Origin: Bryobacterales bacterium | GTDB lineage: Bacteria; Acidobacteriota; Terriglobia; Bryobacterales; Bryobacteraceae | NCBI GenBank assembly: GCA_963791675.1 | Contig: CAWBTD010000002.1 | Coordinates: 120-64,119, forward strand | Direction of reading: 5' to 3' | DNA length: 64,000 nucleotides | Shown here: positions 41,667 through 51,163 of the stretch, in pieces | Layout: each line of letters begins with the position of its first letter | How positions within the stretch are numbered: the stretch's first letter is position 1 | Made by a program: the position numbers and the translations under genes | Notes under the pieces: model-generated | The model's database searches: none | What the model was told of the DNA's origin: nothing | Seen by the model: the letters and a program-made list of their open reading frames with translations, nothing else

Positions 41667-42340
41667 TGTTGGCTGCTGCCGTACCGAACGCGCTTCCGGG
41701 ATTTAACAACCCAACCTTGAGCGCACCAATGCAGATTGTTCTGCTGCTCACGGCGCTTACCGTGCTTCCTGCCATTGTGATGTGCGTTACTCCATTTCTG
41801 CGCATTGTAGTGGTATTGCATTTTTTGCGTCAGGCACTGGGAACACAAAATACGCCATCCAACCAAGTATTGATTGGTCTCTCTCTGTTTCTGGCGACTT
41901 TGATTATGCAGCCCGTGGCAGCGGAAATTTACCACAACGGCTGGCAACCCGTGGAAAAAGGGCAAATCAGTTGGGAGAAAGGCTTTGAAGCAGGATCTCA
42001 ACCCCTTGCCCATTTTTTGGTGAAATTCGCACGGGAACGGGACGTGAAATTATTTCTGGAGATCTCGCATCAACCTCCACCCAGAACACCGGCTGACCTT
42101 GGGCTGAGCGTTTTGATTCCCTCTTATATTCTGTCTGAGTTGAAAGCTGGATTTCAGATTGGCGCTGTTCTTTATTTGCCTTTTCTGATTATTGATGTGG
42201 TGGTGGCCTCGGTTACCTTGTCCATCGGTATGGTACAACTGCCGCCAGCCATGGTGTCGGCCCCTTTTAAGATCTTGCTGTTTGTTCTGGTGGATGGCTG
42301 GAATTTGGTTGTTGGTTCGCTAATGAAGAGCTTCGCATGA
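41666..42340 (+). CDS. fliP: flagellar type III export apparatus protein FliP
   Basis: [36 protein letters not shown]. I chose the ATG at 41666 because it is preceded by AAAGGAGG. The track ORF begins at 41627. Confidence 0.93.
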   Translation: [224 protein letters not shown]

Positions 42341-42606
42341 CGCCTGATTCTGCCGTTCAGATAGTAAGAGAGATGTTTTTAGCTGCTTTCTGGCTAAGTG
42401 CCCCTTTGCTGGCAATCGGATTCGTGGCAGGCATCATCGTGAGTCTGCTTCAGATTGTGACTTCCATTCAGGACTCCGGATTCAACGCCATTCCCCGTTT
42501 AGTCGCCTTTCTTACCGGCTTTATTTTTCTGATGCCCTGGATGCTGAAGAAGATGATGGCTTACACCATATCGATTCTGGGTGATCTAGGCCGCTACGCC
42601 AAATAG
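42337..42606 (+). CDS. fliQ: flagellar export apparatus protein FliQ
   Basis: 89 aa with two TM helices, and SIQDSGFNAIPRLVA matches the FliQ loop. Confidence 0.92.
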   Translation: MTPDSAVQIVREMFLAAFWLSAPLLAIGFVAGIIVSLLQIVTSIQDSGFNAIPRLVAFLTGFIFLMPWMLKKMMAYTISILGDLGRYAK

Positions 42607-42618
42607 GGAGACCACGCC

Positions 42619-43395
42619 ATGCAGACGCTTCCTCTGCTGACACCGGGTGCTCTGTTCGGGTTCCTGTTTGTGTTAGCGCGCATCGCCGGTATTTTTGTGT
42701 TCGCGCCTATTCCTGGAATGAGCAATAGCCCTGCCGTGGTTCGCACCGTATTGACATTGGCGATTACGGTTGCGCTGTTTCCCCTATGGCCGCGTATGGA
42801 TGGGCTGGAGCAAAACTTTGCCCGCGTTACGGTGTGTCTGTTTTCCGAAGCAGCACTGGGCTTAACCATTGGTTTGGGTGTTGCCTTTATTACGGAAGTG
42901 CTGCAGATGGCGGCACAGATTGCGGCTTTGCAAGCGGGCTATGGGTATGCTTCCACCATTGACCCCAGTACACAAGCTGATTCCACTGTGCTGATGGTGT
43001 TTGCCCAACTCTTTGCAGGCTTGCTGTTTTTTGCCACAGGGCTGGACCGGGAAGTGGTACGCGCTTGTGCCATGAGTCTCCATACTTTTCCACCCGGCAA
43101 GTTTCTGATCACCGCTGGCATTGCCGAAAGCACCATTCGCCTGAGCACGGGCATTTTCTCGATGGGCTTGCGACTCGCTTTTCCCCTCATCACGCTGCTT
43201 GGCTTGATCGACTTATCTCTGGCTTTGCTAGGCCGGTTGAACGCGCAGCTTCAACTAGTTACATTGGCATTTCCCGCAAAAATGTTGACTGCACTAGCAT
43301 TGCTAGCCTTTACTGCCATTCTGTTTCAACGCGTTTTCCAGTCCTATGCCGGGCAAGTGATGGCTGTGCTGCAACATTTCATGAACGGCGTATAG
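42619..43395 (+). CDS. fliR: flagellar export apparatus protein FliR
   Basis: Polytopic, 258 aa, FVLARIAGIFVFAPI near the N-terminus, positioned after fliQ. Confidence 0.9.
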   Translation: MQTLPLLTPGALFGFLFVLARIAGIFVFAPIPGMSNSPAVVRTVLTLAITVALFPLWPRMDGLEQNFARVTVCLFSEAALGLTIGLGVAFITEVLQMAAQIAALQAGYGYASTIDPSTQADSTVLMVFAQLFAGLLFFATGLDREVVRACAMSLHTFPPGKFLITAGIAESTIRLSTGIFSMGLRLAFPLITLLGLIDLSLALLGRLNAQLQLVTLAFPAKMLTALALLAFTAILFQRVFQSYAGQVMAVLQHFMNGV

Positions 43396-43399
43396 CGGG

Positions 43400-44464
43400 A
43401 TGTCTGATAAGAGCCAGCAAACAGAGAAGGCAACTCCACGCCGCCTTCAGAAAGCCCGCGAAGACGGTCGATTTCCTACTGCAAAAGATCTAGTCAGCTC
43501 AGTGCAATTTCTGGTGTTTGTGGCATTGTTCTGTGGGGGTGCTTCCACATGGATTTCGCAATACCAGACGATGATGCGCGTGCTGCTGGAGCGTGCTTTT
43601 CACTCGGAATTGACCGCTGCTTCGCTTGTCAGCATTGCCTGGTGGATTGTGGCACACCATTTAGTTCCGTTAGGCATGTTGGGAGCGGCTTTACTGCTTA
43701 CCACAGTTGCCATGCAGGTTGTGGTCACAGGGTTTGGAGTCAGCCTCAAAAAACTATCACCTGATCTCGGAAGACTCAACCCTGCGGGAAAACTACGCGA
43801 CCTCCCCAAACAAAATGGCCCTGCTTTGGTGCAAGCACTGGTGATGCTGCCGGTGTTTGGATACGGAGTTTGGTATATCGTCCGGGAAAAAGCAAACGAA
43901 TCGCTTCTGTTGCCGCTCAACAGCGTGGAAGGCGGCGCTGCTTTTGTAGGGAGTTCCTTGCGTCAACTGCTTTGGCGAGGAGCAAGCCTGTTTGTGCTTT
44001 TCGGCTTGGTCCACTTTGTGCGCCAGCGGCGTCGATTTGCGAACGAACTGAAGATGAGCAAGCAGGAAATTCGCGACGAATCCAAGGAGTCCGAAGGCAA
44101 CCCGCAGATGAAGCAGAAAGTGCGCCGTATGCAGCGGGATATGCGCCGGCGTAACATGATGCGGGAAATTCCCACGGCTACTGCCGTGATTGTGAATCCC
44201 ACTCACTTCGCCATTGCCATTAAGTACTCCATGGATGGCATGGCTGCACCTACCGTGGTGGCGAAAGGAAAAAACTACCTGGCTTTGCGCATTCGGCAGC
44301 GTGCCATTGAAAACCAAGTACCGATAATTGAGAATCCGCCCCTGGCACGCGCACTTTACAAGTCAGTTGATGTAGGCCAGGAAATTCCTGCACATCTTTA
44401 TCGTGCTGTAGCGGAGATTCTGGCGTACGTTTACAAGCTGATGAACGGGCGAATGCCCGGCTAA
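43400..44464 (+). CDS. flhB: flagellar export switch protein FlhB
   Basis: N-terminal KTEKATPRRLQKAREDG, with the NPTH autocleavage site (VIVNPTHFAIAIKY). Confidence 0.95.
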   Translation: MSDKSQQTEKATPRRLQKAREDGRFPTAKDLVSSVQFLVFVALFCGGASTWISQYQTMMRVLLERAFHSELTAASLVSIAWWIVAHHLVPLGMLGAALLLTTVAMQVVVTGFGVSLKKLSPDLGRLNPAGKLRDLPKQNGPALVQALVMLPVFGYGVWYIVREKANESLLLPLNSVEGGAAFVGSSLRQLLWRGASLFVLFGLVHFVRQRRRFANELKMSKQEIRDESKESEGNPQMKQKVRRMQRDMRRRNMMREIPTATAVIVNPTHFAIAIKYSMDGMAAPTVVAKGKNYLALRIRQRAIENQVPIIENPPLARALYKSVDVGQEIPAHLYRAVAEILAYVYKLMNGRMPG

Positions 44465-44470
44465 CCAGGC

Positions 44471-46573
44471 ATGGCCGAATCGAAAACAGTCGCAATCCCC
44501 CTTACCTCTTCCGGCGCTGCGCCAGAGAAGTTGTTTGCCGGGATTTCCCTTAGTGCACTAGGCGAGCTAGGCGTACCGATCGCTGTGCTTGCCATTGTGA
44601 TCGCGTTGATTACTCCGCTACCCGGCTTTGTGTTGGACCTTCTAATCGTTCTGGACATCATGATGTCCGTGATCGTGATGATGGTGTCCATGTACATCAC
44701 CAAGCCTACGGAATTCAATGTATTTCCCACGACACTGCTGCTTTTGACGTTGTTTCGTCTGGCTCTGAATATCTCCTCTTCCCGCTTAATTCTGCTGAAT
44801 GGGAATTCCGGTACATCGGCCGCTGGTGACGTGATTGAAGCTTTCGGCAACTTTGTGGTGGGCGGCAATTACGTGATCGGAATCGTGATTTTTCTCGTCT
44901 TAATTGCGATTCAGTATGTGGTGATCAACCATGGTGCTGTCCGTATTTCTGAGGTGACCGCCCGATTCACTTTGGATGCCATGCCTGGAAAGCAGATGTC
45001 CATTGACTCTGACTTGAATGCAGGGTTAATTGATGAAAACGAAGCAAGGCAGCGCAGAAAGCAGCTTTCTGCGGAAGCTGAATTCTATGGAGCTATGGAT
45101 GGAGCATCCCGCTTTACGCAACGAGATGCAGTGGCAAGCATTCTGATCACGGGAATCAACATTGTTGCGGGGTTGGCGATTGGCATTTTTCAACACGGCA
45201 CAGATATCATGCGTGCCTTGCAGACCTACACCACTCTGACGATTGGGGATGGCTTGGTCACTGTGATTCCAGCGCTGATGATTTCTGTTTCGGGCGGCTT
45301 GATTGTGACGCGAGCTAGTTCCGAGGCTAAGCTCGGTGCGGAATTTCGCAAGCAGGTATTTGGGGCATCTCAACCATTGATGCTGGCGAGTGGCGTTTTA
45401 ATGGCATTAGCTCTGTTTCCGGGCTTGCCCAAAATTCCCTTCATCGTGTTGGGCGCGGGGTTAGGAATGGCAAGCTGGAAGATGCAAAAGGCGCAAAAGG
45501 TGGTGGAAACACAAACTGCCGCTGCCACGGCGCCTTCGCCTGCAAAAGAGAATCTGGAAACGTTGCTACGTGTAGAGCCGCTGAGCGTGGAAGTTGGCTT
45601 GGGATTGGTTTCCTTAGTGGAAGGCGGCCAAAATTCTCCGCTACTTCGGCGGATTTCCGGTATCCGGAAGCAGCTTGCTCGTGATCTTGGCTACTTATTG
45701 CCACCCGTGCGAGTTACAGACAACCTTTCTTTGCGAGGAAGAGAGTACACCATTCTTTTGAAAGGTGTTGAGCTTTCCCGTTTTGAATTGCCCCAGGGCT
45801 GTGAAATGGCCATTCCAGCGGGCCGGGTGGAAGCCGCTATTGAGGGGCAGAAAACCAAAGACCCTGCCTTTGGCATGAACGCGATTTGGGTGCCGATGGA
45901 GCGCAGCGAACATGCAAGATCGCTGGGCTACACCGTTGTGGATGGCGTCAGTATTCTGGGAACGCATCTTTCCGAACTGATTCGCCGCCATGCCAGCGAA
46001 TTATTTACCCGACAAGACACTAAGAAGCTATTGGACCGTGTCGCCGTGGAGCATCCGAAGGTAGTGGAAGATTTAGTGCCGAAGTCCCTTTCGCTTGCTG
46101 TTGTGCAGAAGGTGCTGCAGAATCTGCTTCGAGAGCGCGTATCGATTCGGGATGCTGTTTCCATTCTGGAAGCGCTGGGGGAAGCAGCCGGTTCTACGCG
46201 GAACAGCATTCTGCTGACAGAGTATGTTCGCCAGTCCATTCGTCGTGTCGTGGTGCAGCCTTACCTGAATGCATCCGGCGACCTTCCCGCTTGGTTTATG
46301 GACGCTTCCTTAGAACAAATGGTGGAGAAGGCCGTGGAACACGGAGAACATAGCAGCCACGTAGCCTTGGCTCCGCAACACTTGAGAGAAATTCTTGGGA
46401 AATGCAACCGCACAGTGGGTACGCCAGAAGCGCCAGTGGTTGTGATCACCAGCTCTGCTGCTCGCTTTTTTCTGCGGCAACTAGCCGAGCCTTCTTTATG
46501 GAATCTGTTCTTTGTTTCCCATAATGAGGTGCCTGCCGGCATCAGAGTGCAATCTTTGGGGGTGATTCAATGA
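44471..46573 (+). CDS. flhA: flagellar export gate protein FlhA
   Basis: 700 aa, with the FHIPEP region (VFPTTLLLLTLFRLALNISSSRLIL, FTLDAMPGKQMSID). Confidence 0.96.
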   Translation: MAESKTVAIPLTSSGAAPEKLFAGISLSALGELGVPIAVLAIVIALITPLPGFVLDLLIVLDIMMSVIVMMVSMYITKPTEFNVFPTTLLLLTLFRLALNISSSRLILLNGNSGTSAAGDVIEAFGNFVVGGNYVIGIVIFLVLIAIQYVVINHGAVRISEVTARFTLDAMPGKQMSIDSDLNAGLIDENEARQRRKQLSAEAEFYGAMDGASRFTQRDAVASILITGINIVAGLAIGIFQHGTDIMRALQTYTTLTIGDGLVTVIPALMISVSGGLIVTRASSEAKLGAEFRKQVFGASQPLMLASGVLMALALFPGLPKIPFIVLGAGLGMASWKMQKAQKVVETQTAAATAPSPAKENLETLLRVEPLSVEVGLGLVSLVEGGQNSPLLRRISGIRKQLARDLGYLLPPVRVTDNLSLRGREYTILLKGVELSRFELPQGCEMAIPAGRVEAAIEGQKTKDPAFGMNAIWVPMERSEHARSLGYTVVDGVSILGTHLSELIRRHASELFTRQDTKKLLDRVAVEHPKVVEDLVPKSLSLAVVQKVLQNLLRERVSIRDAVSILEALGEAAGSTRNSILLTEYVRQSIRRVVVQPYLNASGDLPAWFMDASLEQMVEKAVEHGEHSSHVALAPQHLREILGKCNRTVGTPEAPVVVITSSAARFFLRQLAEPSLWNLFFVSHNEVPAGIRVQSLGVIQ

Positions 46574-47616
46574 CGGCATCAGGTCTTCACATCAAAACTT
46601 ACTTTTCCAGCACAGTGGAAGCCGCTTTTACCTTGGCGCGGCGGGAACTCGGCCCGGAAGCCATGCTGCTGAATTCTCGTCTGGCCCCGGAAGAAGCTCG
46701 CCACTTGGGTCGTTATGAAGTGGTGTTTGCCACTGTGCCTGAGAAGGAAGAAGAAATTTCTCACCCTGCTCCTAGCTGTGCGGCAACTCCGCAGGAGGCT
46801 TCCTCTTTGCCGCAACAATTGGAACAGAATGGCGTGGAGCCAACGCTGGTTCGGGAGATTGCGCAGGCAGCGCAGGCAAACTCAACACAAACTTCAGGTA
46901 CTGCGGATTCAGAACTGTTTCGAAAAGCAGTGCTGGCAGAGATGGAAGCGCGGCTCAAGGTGGACCCTTCCGTGGGAGTGGGTGGGAAGCACCGCGTTGC
47001 AGCCTTGATTGGTCCTCCAGGCCGAGGGAAAACCACAACGCTGGTGAAACTGGCAATTGCACACGGGCTTGCGATGCAGCTACCTGTGCGCATTCTAGCC
47101 GCCGGTCATTTCGAAGTGGGCGGCGTGGATCAACTACGCACTTATGCGAAAATCCTGAAAGCAGACTTCGAGTCGGTAGAGAATACTCCGGCATTAGAAC
47201 GTGCTTTGTCGGCTCCGCCTAACTTGCCGAATCCTTTTGCTCCTTCCCTGACGCTGATCGATACACCGGGGTATGGAGCAAAACAGATGGATGCTGCGAG
47301 CGGATTAGCACGATGCTTGGAAGCTAACCCGGAAGTAGATATACATCTGGTGTTGCGGGCCGATGCAAGAGCTGCTGATTTGCTTCGCACGGTGGAACGC
47401 TTCCGCATGTTCCAGCCTCGTAAATTAATCTTTACCGGATTGGATGAAGTGGAATCCCTGGGGAATCTTTTCTCCGTAGCAGCACAAACAAGATTGCCTA
47501 TTTCTTTTTTGGGAACCGGGCAGGAAATTCCGGAAGATCTCCAGTTTGCTAAGCATCGCCAGATAACGGGCTATGCAACTGAGAATCGGAGGTTAGCATC
47601 TCGCGCTGCTGCTTAA
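46570..47616 (+). CDS. flhF: flagellar SRP-type GTPase FlhF
   Basis: G1 LIGPPGRGKTTTLVKLA, G3 LIDTPG, and position after flhA. Confidence 0.85.
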   Translation: MTASGLHIKTYFSSTVEAAFTLARRELGPEAMLLNSRLAPEEARHLGRYEVVFATVPEKEEEISHPAPSCAATPQEASSLPQQLEQNGVEPTLVREIAQAAQANSTQTSGTADSELFRKAVLAEMEARLKVDPSVGVGGKHRVAALIGPPGRGKTTTLVKLAIAHGLAMQLPVRILAAGHFEVGGVDQLRTYAKILKADFESVENTPALERALSAPPNLPNPFAPSLTLIDTPGYGAKQMDAASGLARCLEANPEVDIHLVLRADARAADLLRTVERFRMFQPRKLIFTGLDEVESLGNLFSVAAQTRLPISFLGTGQEIPEDLQFAKHRQITGYATENRRLASRAAA

Positions 47617-47644
47617 TGCAGCAGCGAATCAGTGCTTTTTTAGT

Positions 47645-48391
47645 ATGTATTCTTGTCAGTTCGAGGAACAGACACGGGAAGACAGAGAACGGCTGATTTT
47701 GGAGCATTTGCCGCAAGTACGCATTATTGCGCGCCGAATTCATGAACGTTTGCCGGAAAACGTCAGCATTGATGACTTAATTTCCAATGGCACCATTGGC
47801 TTGATTGCCGCGATTGATAATTTCGATCCCGCTCAGAACGTAAAACTGAAGACTTATGCGGAATACCGGATTCGTGGCGCTATTCTGGATGGGCTTCGCA
47901 GCGTCGATTGGGCTCCCCGGCAGAAGCGGAGAATGGGAAAGCAGATTGAAGCAGCTATTGCCAAGCTGGAACAACGCTTAGGGAAAGCGCCTTCCGAAGC
48001 AGAAATTGCAGCAGAGCTTGGTATCTCCCTGGACGAGTATCACGAGTGGCTGGTGGAAACGGAAGCACTGCAACTAGGCGAACTAGAGCAGGGCGGCTCC
48101 GGTGAAGAAGGATATAGCTTACTTAAATTTGTTTCTTCCGATGACTCTAATCTTCCCTCACGCATATTGGAGCGGCAGGAACTGGAGCGCTTAGTAACAG
48201 AAGCGATTGAGAAAATGCCGAAGATTGAGCGCACTGTTCTCAGCCTTTACTATTTTGAAGAACTAAACCTCCGCGAAATTGCCCAGGTAATGGATCTCCA
48301 TCTTTCTCGCATTTCGCAACTAAAGACACAAGCAATTCTGCGGCTCCGCTCTGTTTTACAGAAGCGATGGCCAAGCACACGAGGCATGTAA
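47645..48391 (+). CDS. fliA: flagellar sigma factor FliA (sigma-28), copy 1
   Basis: Region 2 is DDLISNGTIGLIAAIDNFDP...KTYAEYRIRGAILDGLR, and region 4 is LSLYYFEELNLREIAQVMDLHLSRISQLK. Confidence 0.9.
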   Translation: MYSCQFEEQTREDRERLILEHLPQVRIIARRIHERLPENVSIDDLISNGTIGLIAAIDNFDPAQNVKLKTYAEYRIRGAILDGLRSVDWAPRQKRRMGKQIEAAIAKLEQRLGKAPSEAEIAAELGISLDEYHEWLVETEALQLGELEQGGSGEEGYSLLKFVSSDDSNLPSRILERQELERLVTEAIEKMPKIERTVLSLYYFEELNLREIAQVMDLHLSRISQLKTQAILRLRSVLQKRWPSTRGM

Positions 48392-49269
48392 TGAATTTTG
48401 ACAGCGACACTCTCAGTCCGGCCTACACATGGATGCTGGAACAATGGCTGGAAAAGTTTAGCCAAAGTTTAGAAGCCATGTCGGATGTGCGCCCGAGTTT
48501 AGGCTGGCAAACGGAGAAGAAAGCGGAATTGGGAACTAATGCCATTCTTCATGAGGAAAAACTAGGCGAGAACGCTGCTATTTGGTTCGGCGTGCCGGAA
48601 CAGGTCTGGCAGGAACTAGGAAGTGATGTTCTGAATCTAGCCGGAGTGGAAGAAGTTTCCGAACTGGAAAGCCGTAATACGTTCTTGGAAATTATTCAAC
48701 AATCGGTGAGCGGCTTGGTGCAGGCGATGAGCCGGCATCTACAGCGGGAAATCCCTCAGAGCAGTTCTCAAAAGCCTTCTCACTTTCCAGAAGGGCAGAC
48801 TTACGTGAAAGTGTTTTTTCACGACAAAGAAAGTCTTCCTCCTTTTTTTATCGCTTTTGCTCCCACATTGGAGGAGTGGTTTGCTCCCCGTGTTAGCAGC
48901 AATGAAGAAGAGGTGCAGGGGACGGGAGAAGCAGGAGCAAGAGGAGAAAAAACAAAACCTTTGTCGCCTTCCTCCAAAACGTTTGATGTGTTGTTGGATG
49001 TAGCTCTGCCGGTCAGTGTTTCCTTTGGACGCACTGAACTAGCCGTGAAAGAAGTATTGAAGCTTACCACTGGTTCCATTGTGGAGTTGAACCGGTCTGT
49101 TACGGAACCTGTTGAGATTATCGTGAATAACTGCGTAATCGCTCGTGGCGAGGTAGTGGTGGTAGATGGCAATTATGGAGTACGAATTCACCAGATCATT
49201 AGTCGTCAGGAGCGGCTTCGCACAGGAACTCTTGCAGGTATGGAACCGGGAAACAGCCGCATCGCATAG
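48391..49269 (+). CDS. fliN: flagellar motor switch protein FliN/FliY-type (long N-terminal extension plus C-terminal SpoA domain)
   Basis: C-terminal LDVALPVSVSFGRTELAVKEVLKLTTGSIVELNRSVTEPVEIIVNNCVIARGEVVVVDGNYGVRI. The ATG at 48391 overlaps the fliA TAA. The track ORF starts at 48367. Confidence 0.85.
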   Translation: MNFDSDTLSPAYTWMLEQWLEKFSQSLEAMSDVRPSLGWQTEKKAELGTNAILHEEKLGENAAIWFGVPEQVWQELGSDVLNLAGVEEVSELESRNTFLEIIQQSVSGLVQAMSRHLQREIPQSSSQKPSHFPEGQTYVKVFFHDKESLPPFFIAFAPTLEEWFAPRVSSNEEEVQGTGEAGARGEKTKPLSPSSKTFDVLLDVALPVSVSFGRTELAVKEVLKLTTGSIVELNRSVTEPVEIIVNNCVIARGEVVVVDGNYGVRIHQIISRQERLRTGTLAGMEPGNSRIA

Positions 49270-49286
49270 GACGGAAATAAATATTT

Positions 49287-49580
49287 ATGAATGAATTCGT
49301 ATTGGTAGGCTGCGCGGCAGCGGCATGCTTCAGTGTGGCCAGCTTGGGAGTGCTCTTTTTTCTGTGGCGTGCCTTGCAAACCACACAGCAGAATCAAGAA
49401 AAGTGTTTTGAGCAAATGCTTGCCACGCTGAAGGATATTCAAGAACAGGTTGGGTACATCCAAGCGAAGTTGCAGGAACAGGAACCCTTAGCCGAACCAG
49501 TGGTTGTGGAACGAAAGACATCCAAAGCGGAAGAGTCACTCCGCATAAAACTTGCCGATCTGCTGAAAAGCTCAAACTGA
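49287..49580 (+). CDS. hypothetical single-TM coiled-coil protein (97 aa)
   Basis: N-terminal TM helix (LVGCAAAACFSVASLGVLFFLW) followed by a Q/E-rich helix. It is the last gene of the fliK...fliN transcription unit. Confidence 0.45.
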   Translation: MNEFVLVGCAAAACFSVASLGVLFFLWRALQTTQQNQEKCFEQMLATLKDIQEQVGYIQAKLQEQEPLAEPVVVERKTSKAEESLRIKLADLLKSSN

Positions 49581-49641
49581 GCAGGGGAAAGAATCAGAAT
49601 TTTCCCTCCTTTCCTCCATTTCTTCTAAACTTCTTTCCTTC

Positions 49642-51063
49642 TTAAACCAGCGCATAACCAGCTTCTGCTTCCAGAAGTCTCACTTTTGCAGAAAGCGTAG
49701 TTCGTTTCAGATGCAACATATCTGCCGCTAACTTTTTGTTGCCTCCTGTTTTCCGCAGCGCTTGCGAAAGAATGCTCCTCTCGAATTGTGAAATCGTTTC
49801 CTGAAAGTTCAGGCCGTGATCTGGAAGGGCGACAGGGAGGGATGAGGTTGGGTGCGAGTCAGCAATCTCAGATTCCGGCAACGAGAAATGAATTGGGAGT
49901 AACGTTTCACAATTGCCGCTCAAAACTACAGCCATTTCCACAAGGTTTTCCAACTGCCTGACATTTCCTGGCCAAGAGTAAGATTGCAGTTTGCGGACGG
50001 CATCCATGCTGATCGTTTTCTTGGGCAAGCCCTCGCTGTGGCAAATCTTCTTGACGAAATGTTCTGCAAGCTCCCAAACATCATGGGGACGGGCGCGCAG
50101 AGGTGGCATCTGCAAGGGAACTACATTCAACCGGTAATACAAATCTTCCCGAAACAATCCTGCTCTTACTTTGGCAACAAGGTCCGCATTGGAAGCAGCT
50201 ACGATTCGCACATCCACCTTGATGGTTTCAGAACTGCCCAAACGCTGTATTTCGCGCTCCTGTAGGACTCGGAGCAGCTTCGCCTGTAAATCCAGCGGCA
50301 TATCGCCAATCTCATCCAGAAACAAGGTGCTTCCGTGTGCCTGCTCAAAACGACCGATTCGGAGTTGCTGCGCTCCGGTGAAAGCCCCTCTCACATAGCC
50401 GAACAATTCGGCTTCCAGAAGATGTTCGGGGATGGCGCTGCAATTAATCGCAACCATCGGCACATGGGCACGCGGGCTAGCCATATGAATTGCTTTTGCC
50501 ACTACTTCTTTTCCTGTGCCGGTTTCTCCTGAAATCAAAATGGTGCAGCGCCGTGCAGCAACCAATTGAACTAATTCTCCAATTTTTTGCATCGGCTTGC
50601 TGCTTCCGATTAAGAATTGTTTCCAGGAAGGCTGTTTCTGCTGTGTTGCTGCTTCCATTCGCGTTTTTGCCTGGAAGTCTTCCACCGCTAACTCGACTTG
50701 GAATAGGGCATCTTCTATATCGATTGAGCTAGTAAATAACTGCATGAGGCCCATTTTGGTCAGCGTGACTGCTGTGGAAACTTCTGCTTCCCGCTGTCGA
50801 ATAAAAATGGGGATCTGAATGCCGGCTTCCACAATAGCCCCCATCAATTCCAAAGGACCCTGCTCGTCTTTTGCAGAGAAGTTTCCCCACACAGCATCAA
50901 CTGTTGTTGTTTCCAGGGTTTTCAACGCTTCAGAAAGGCTATGCGTTATAACCACTTCATAACGGCTTAAGCCATGGAGCAGTTGACTCTCATCAAAATC
51001 CGGTACCAGGGAAGAAAGCCACAATAAAGATGATGGTTTGGACATTAGGGACTGCTCATCCAT
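49642..51063 (-). CDS. sigma-54-dependent transcriptional activator (FleQ/FlrA-like) with an atypical N-terminal receiver-like domain
   Basis: AAA+ core GETGTGKEVVAKAIH, the sigma-54 contact GAFTGA, a C-terminal Fis-type HTH (GGNKKLAADMLHLKRTTL), and an N-terminal domain of about 130 aa. Confidence 0.88.
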   Translation of the reverse strand: MDEQSLMSKPSSLLWLSSLVPDFDESQLLHGLSRYEVVITHSLSEALKTLETTTVDAVWGNFSAKDEQGPLELMGAIVEAGIQIPIFIRQREAEVSTAVTLTKMGLMQLFTSSIDIEDALFQVELAVEDFQAKTRMEAATQQKQPSWKQFLIGSSKPMQKIGELVQLVAARRCTILISGETGTGKEVVAKAIHMASPRAHVPMVAINCSAIPEHLLEAELFGYVRGAFTGAQQLRIGRFEQAHGSTLFLDEIGDMPLDLQAKLLRVLQEREIQRLGSSETIKVDVRIVAASNADLVAKVRAGLFREDLYYRLNVVPLQMPPLRARPHDVWELAEHFVKKICHSEGLPKKTISMDAVRKLQSYSWPGNVRQLENLVEMAVVLSGNCETLLPIHFSLPESEIADSHPTSSLPVALPDHGLNFQETISQFERSILSQALRKTGGNKKLAADMLHLKRTTLSAKVRLLEAEAGYALV

Positions 51064-51075
51064 CGGACAAAAAAT

Positions 51076-51098
51076 AGAAAACTTTAGAAAAGTTTTCT
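51076..51098. promoter_or_regulatory. perfect 10-bp palindrome with a 3-nt spacer, between the sigma-54 activator gene and the second fliA-like gene
   Basis: AGAAAACTTT-AGA-AAAGTTTTCT, 13 nt from the activator start codon. Confidence 0.45.
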
Positions 51099-51163
51099 GC
51101 GTTGTCTAAGGAGAAGGGCTTTCCCTGAGAGGAATAGGAAATGGACTGAACCATACAAATAGA

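Noticed and set aside
49573-49605. Rho-independent terminator after the 97-aa gene (GGGAAA-N11-TTTCCC)
   Set aside because: The stem is only 6 bp and A/T-containing, the loop is long, and no clear U-tract follows. This is too weak to call.
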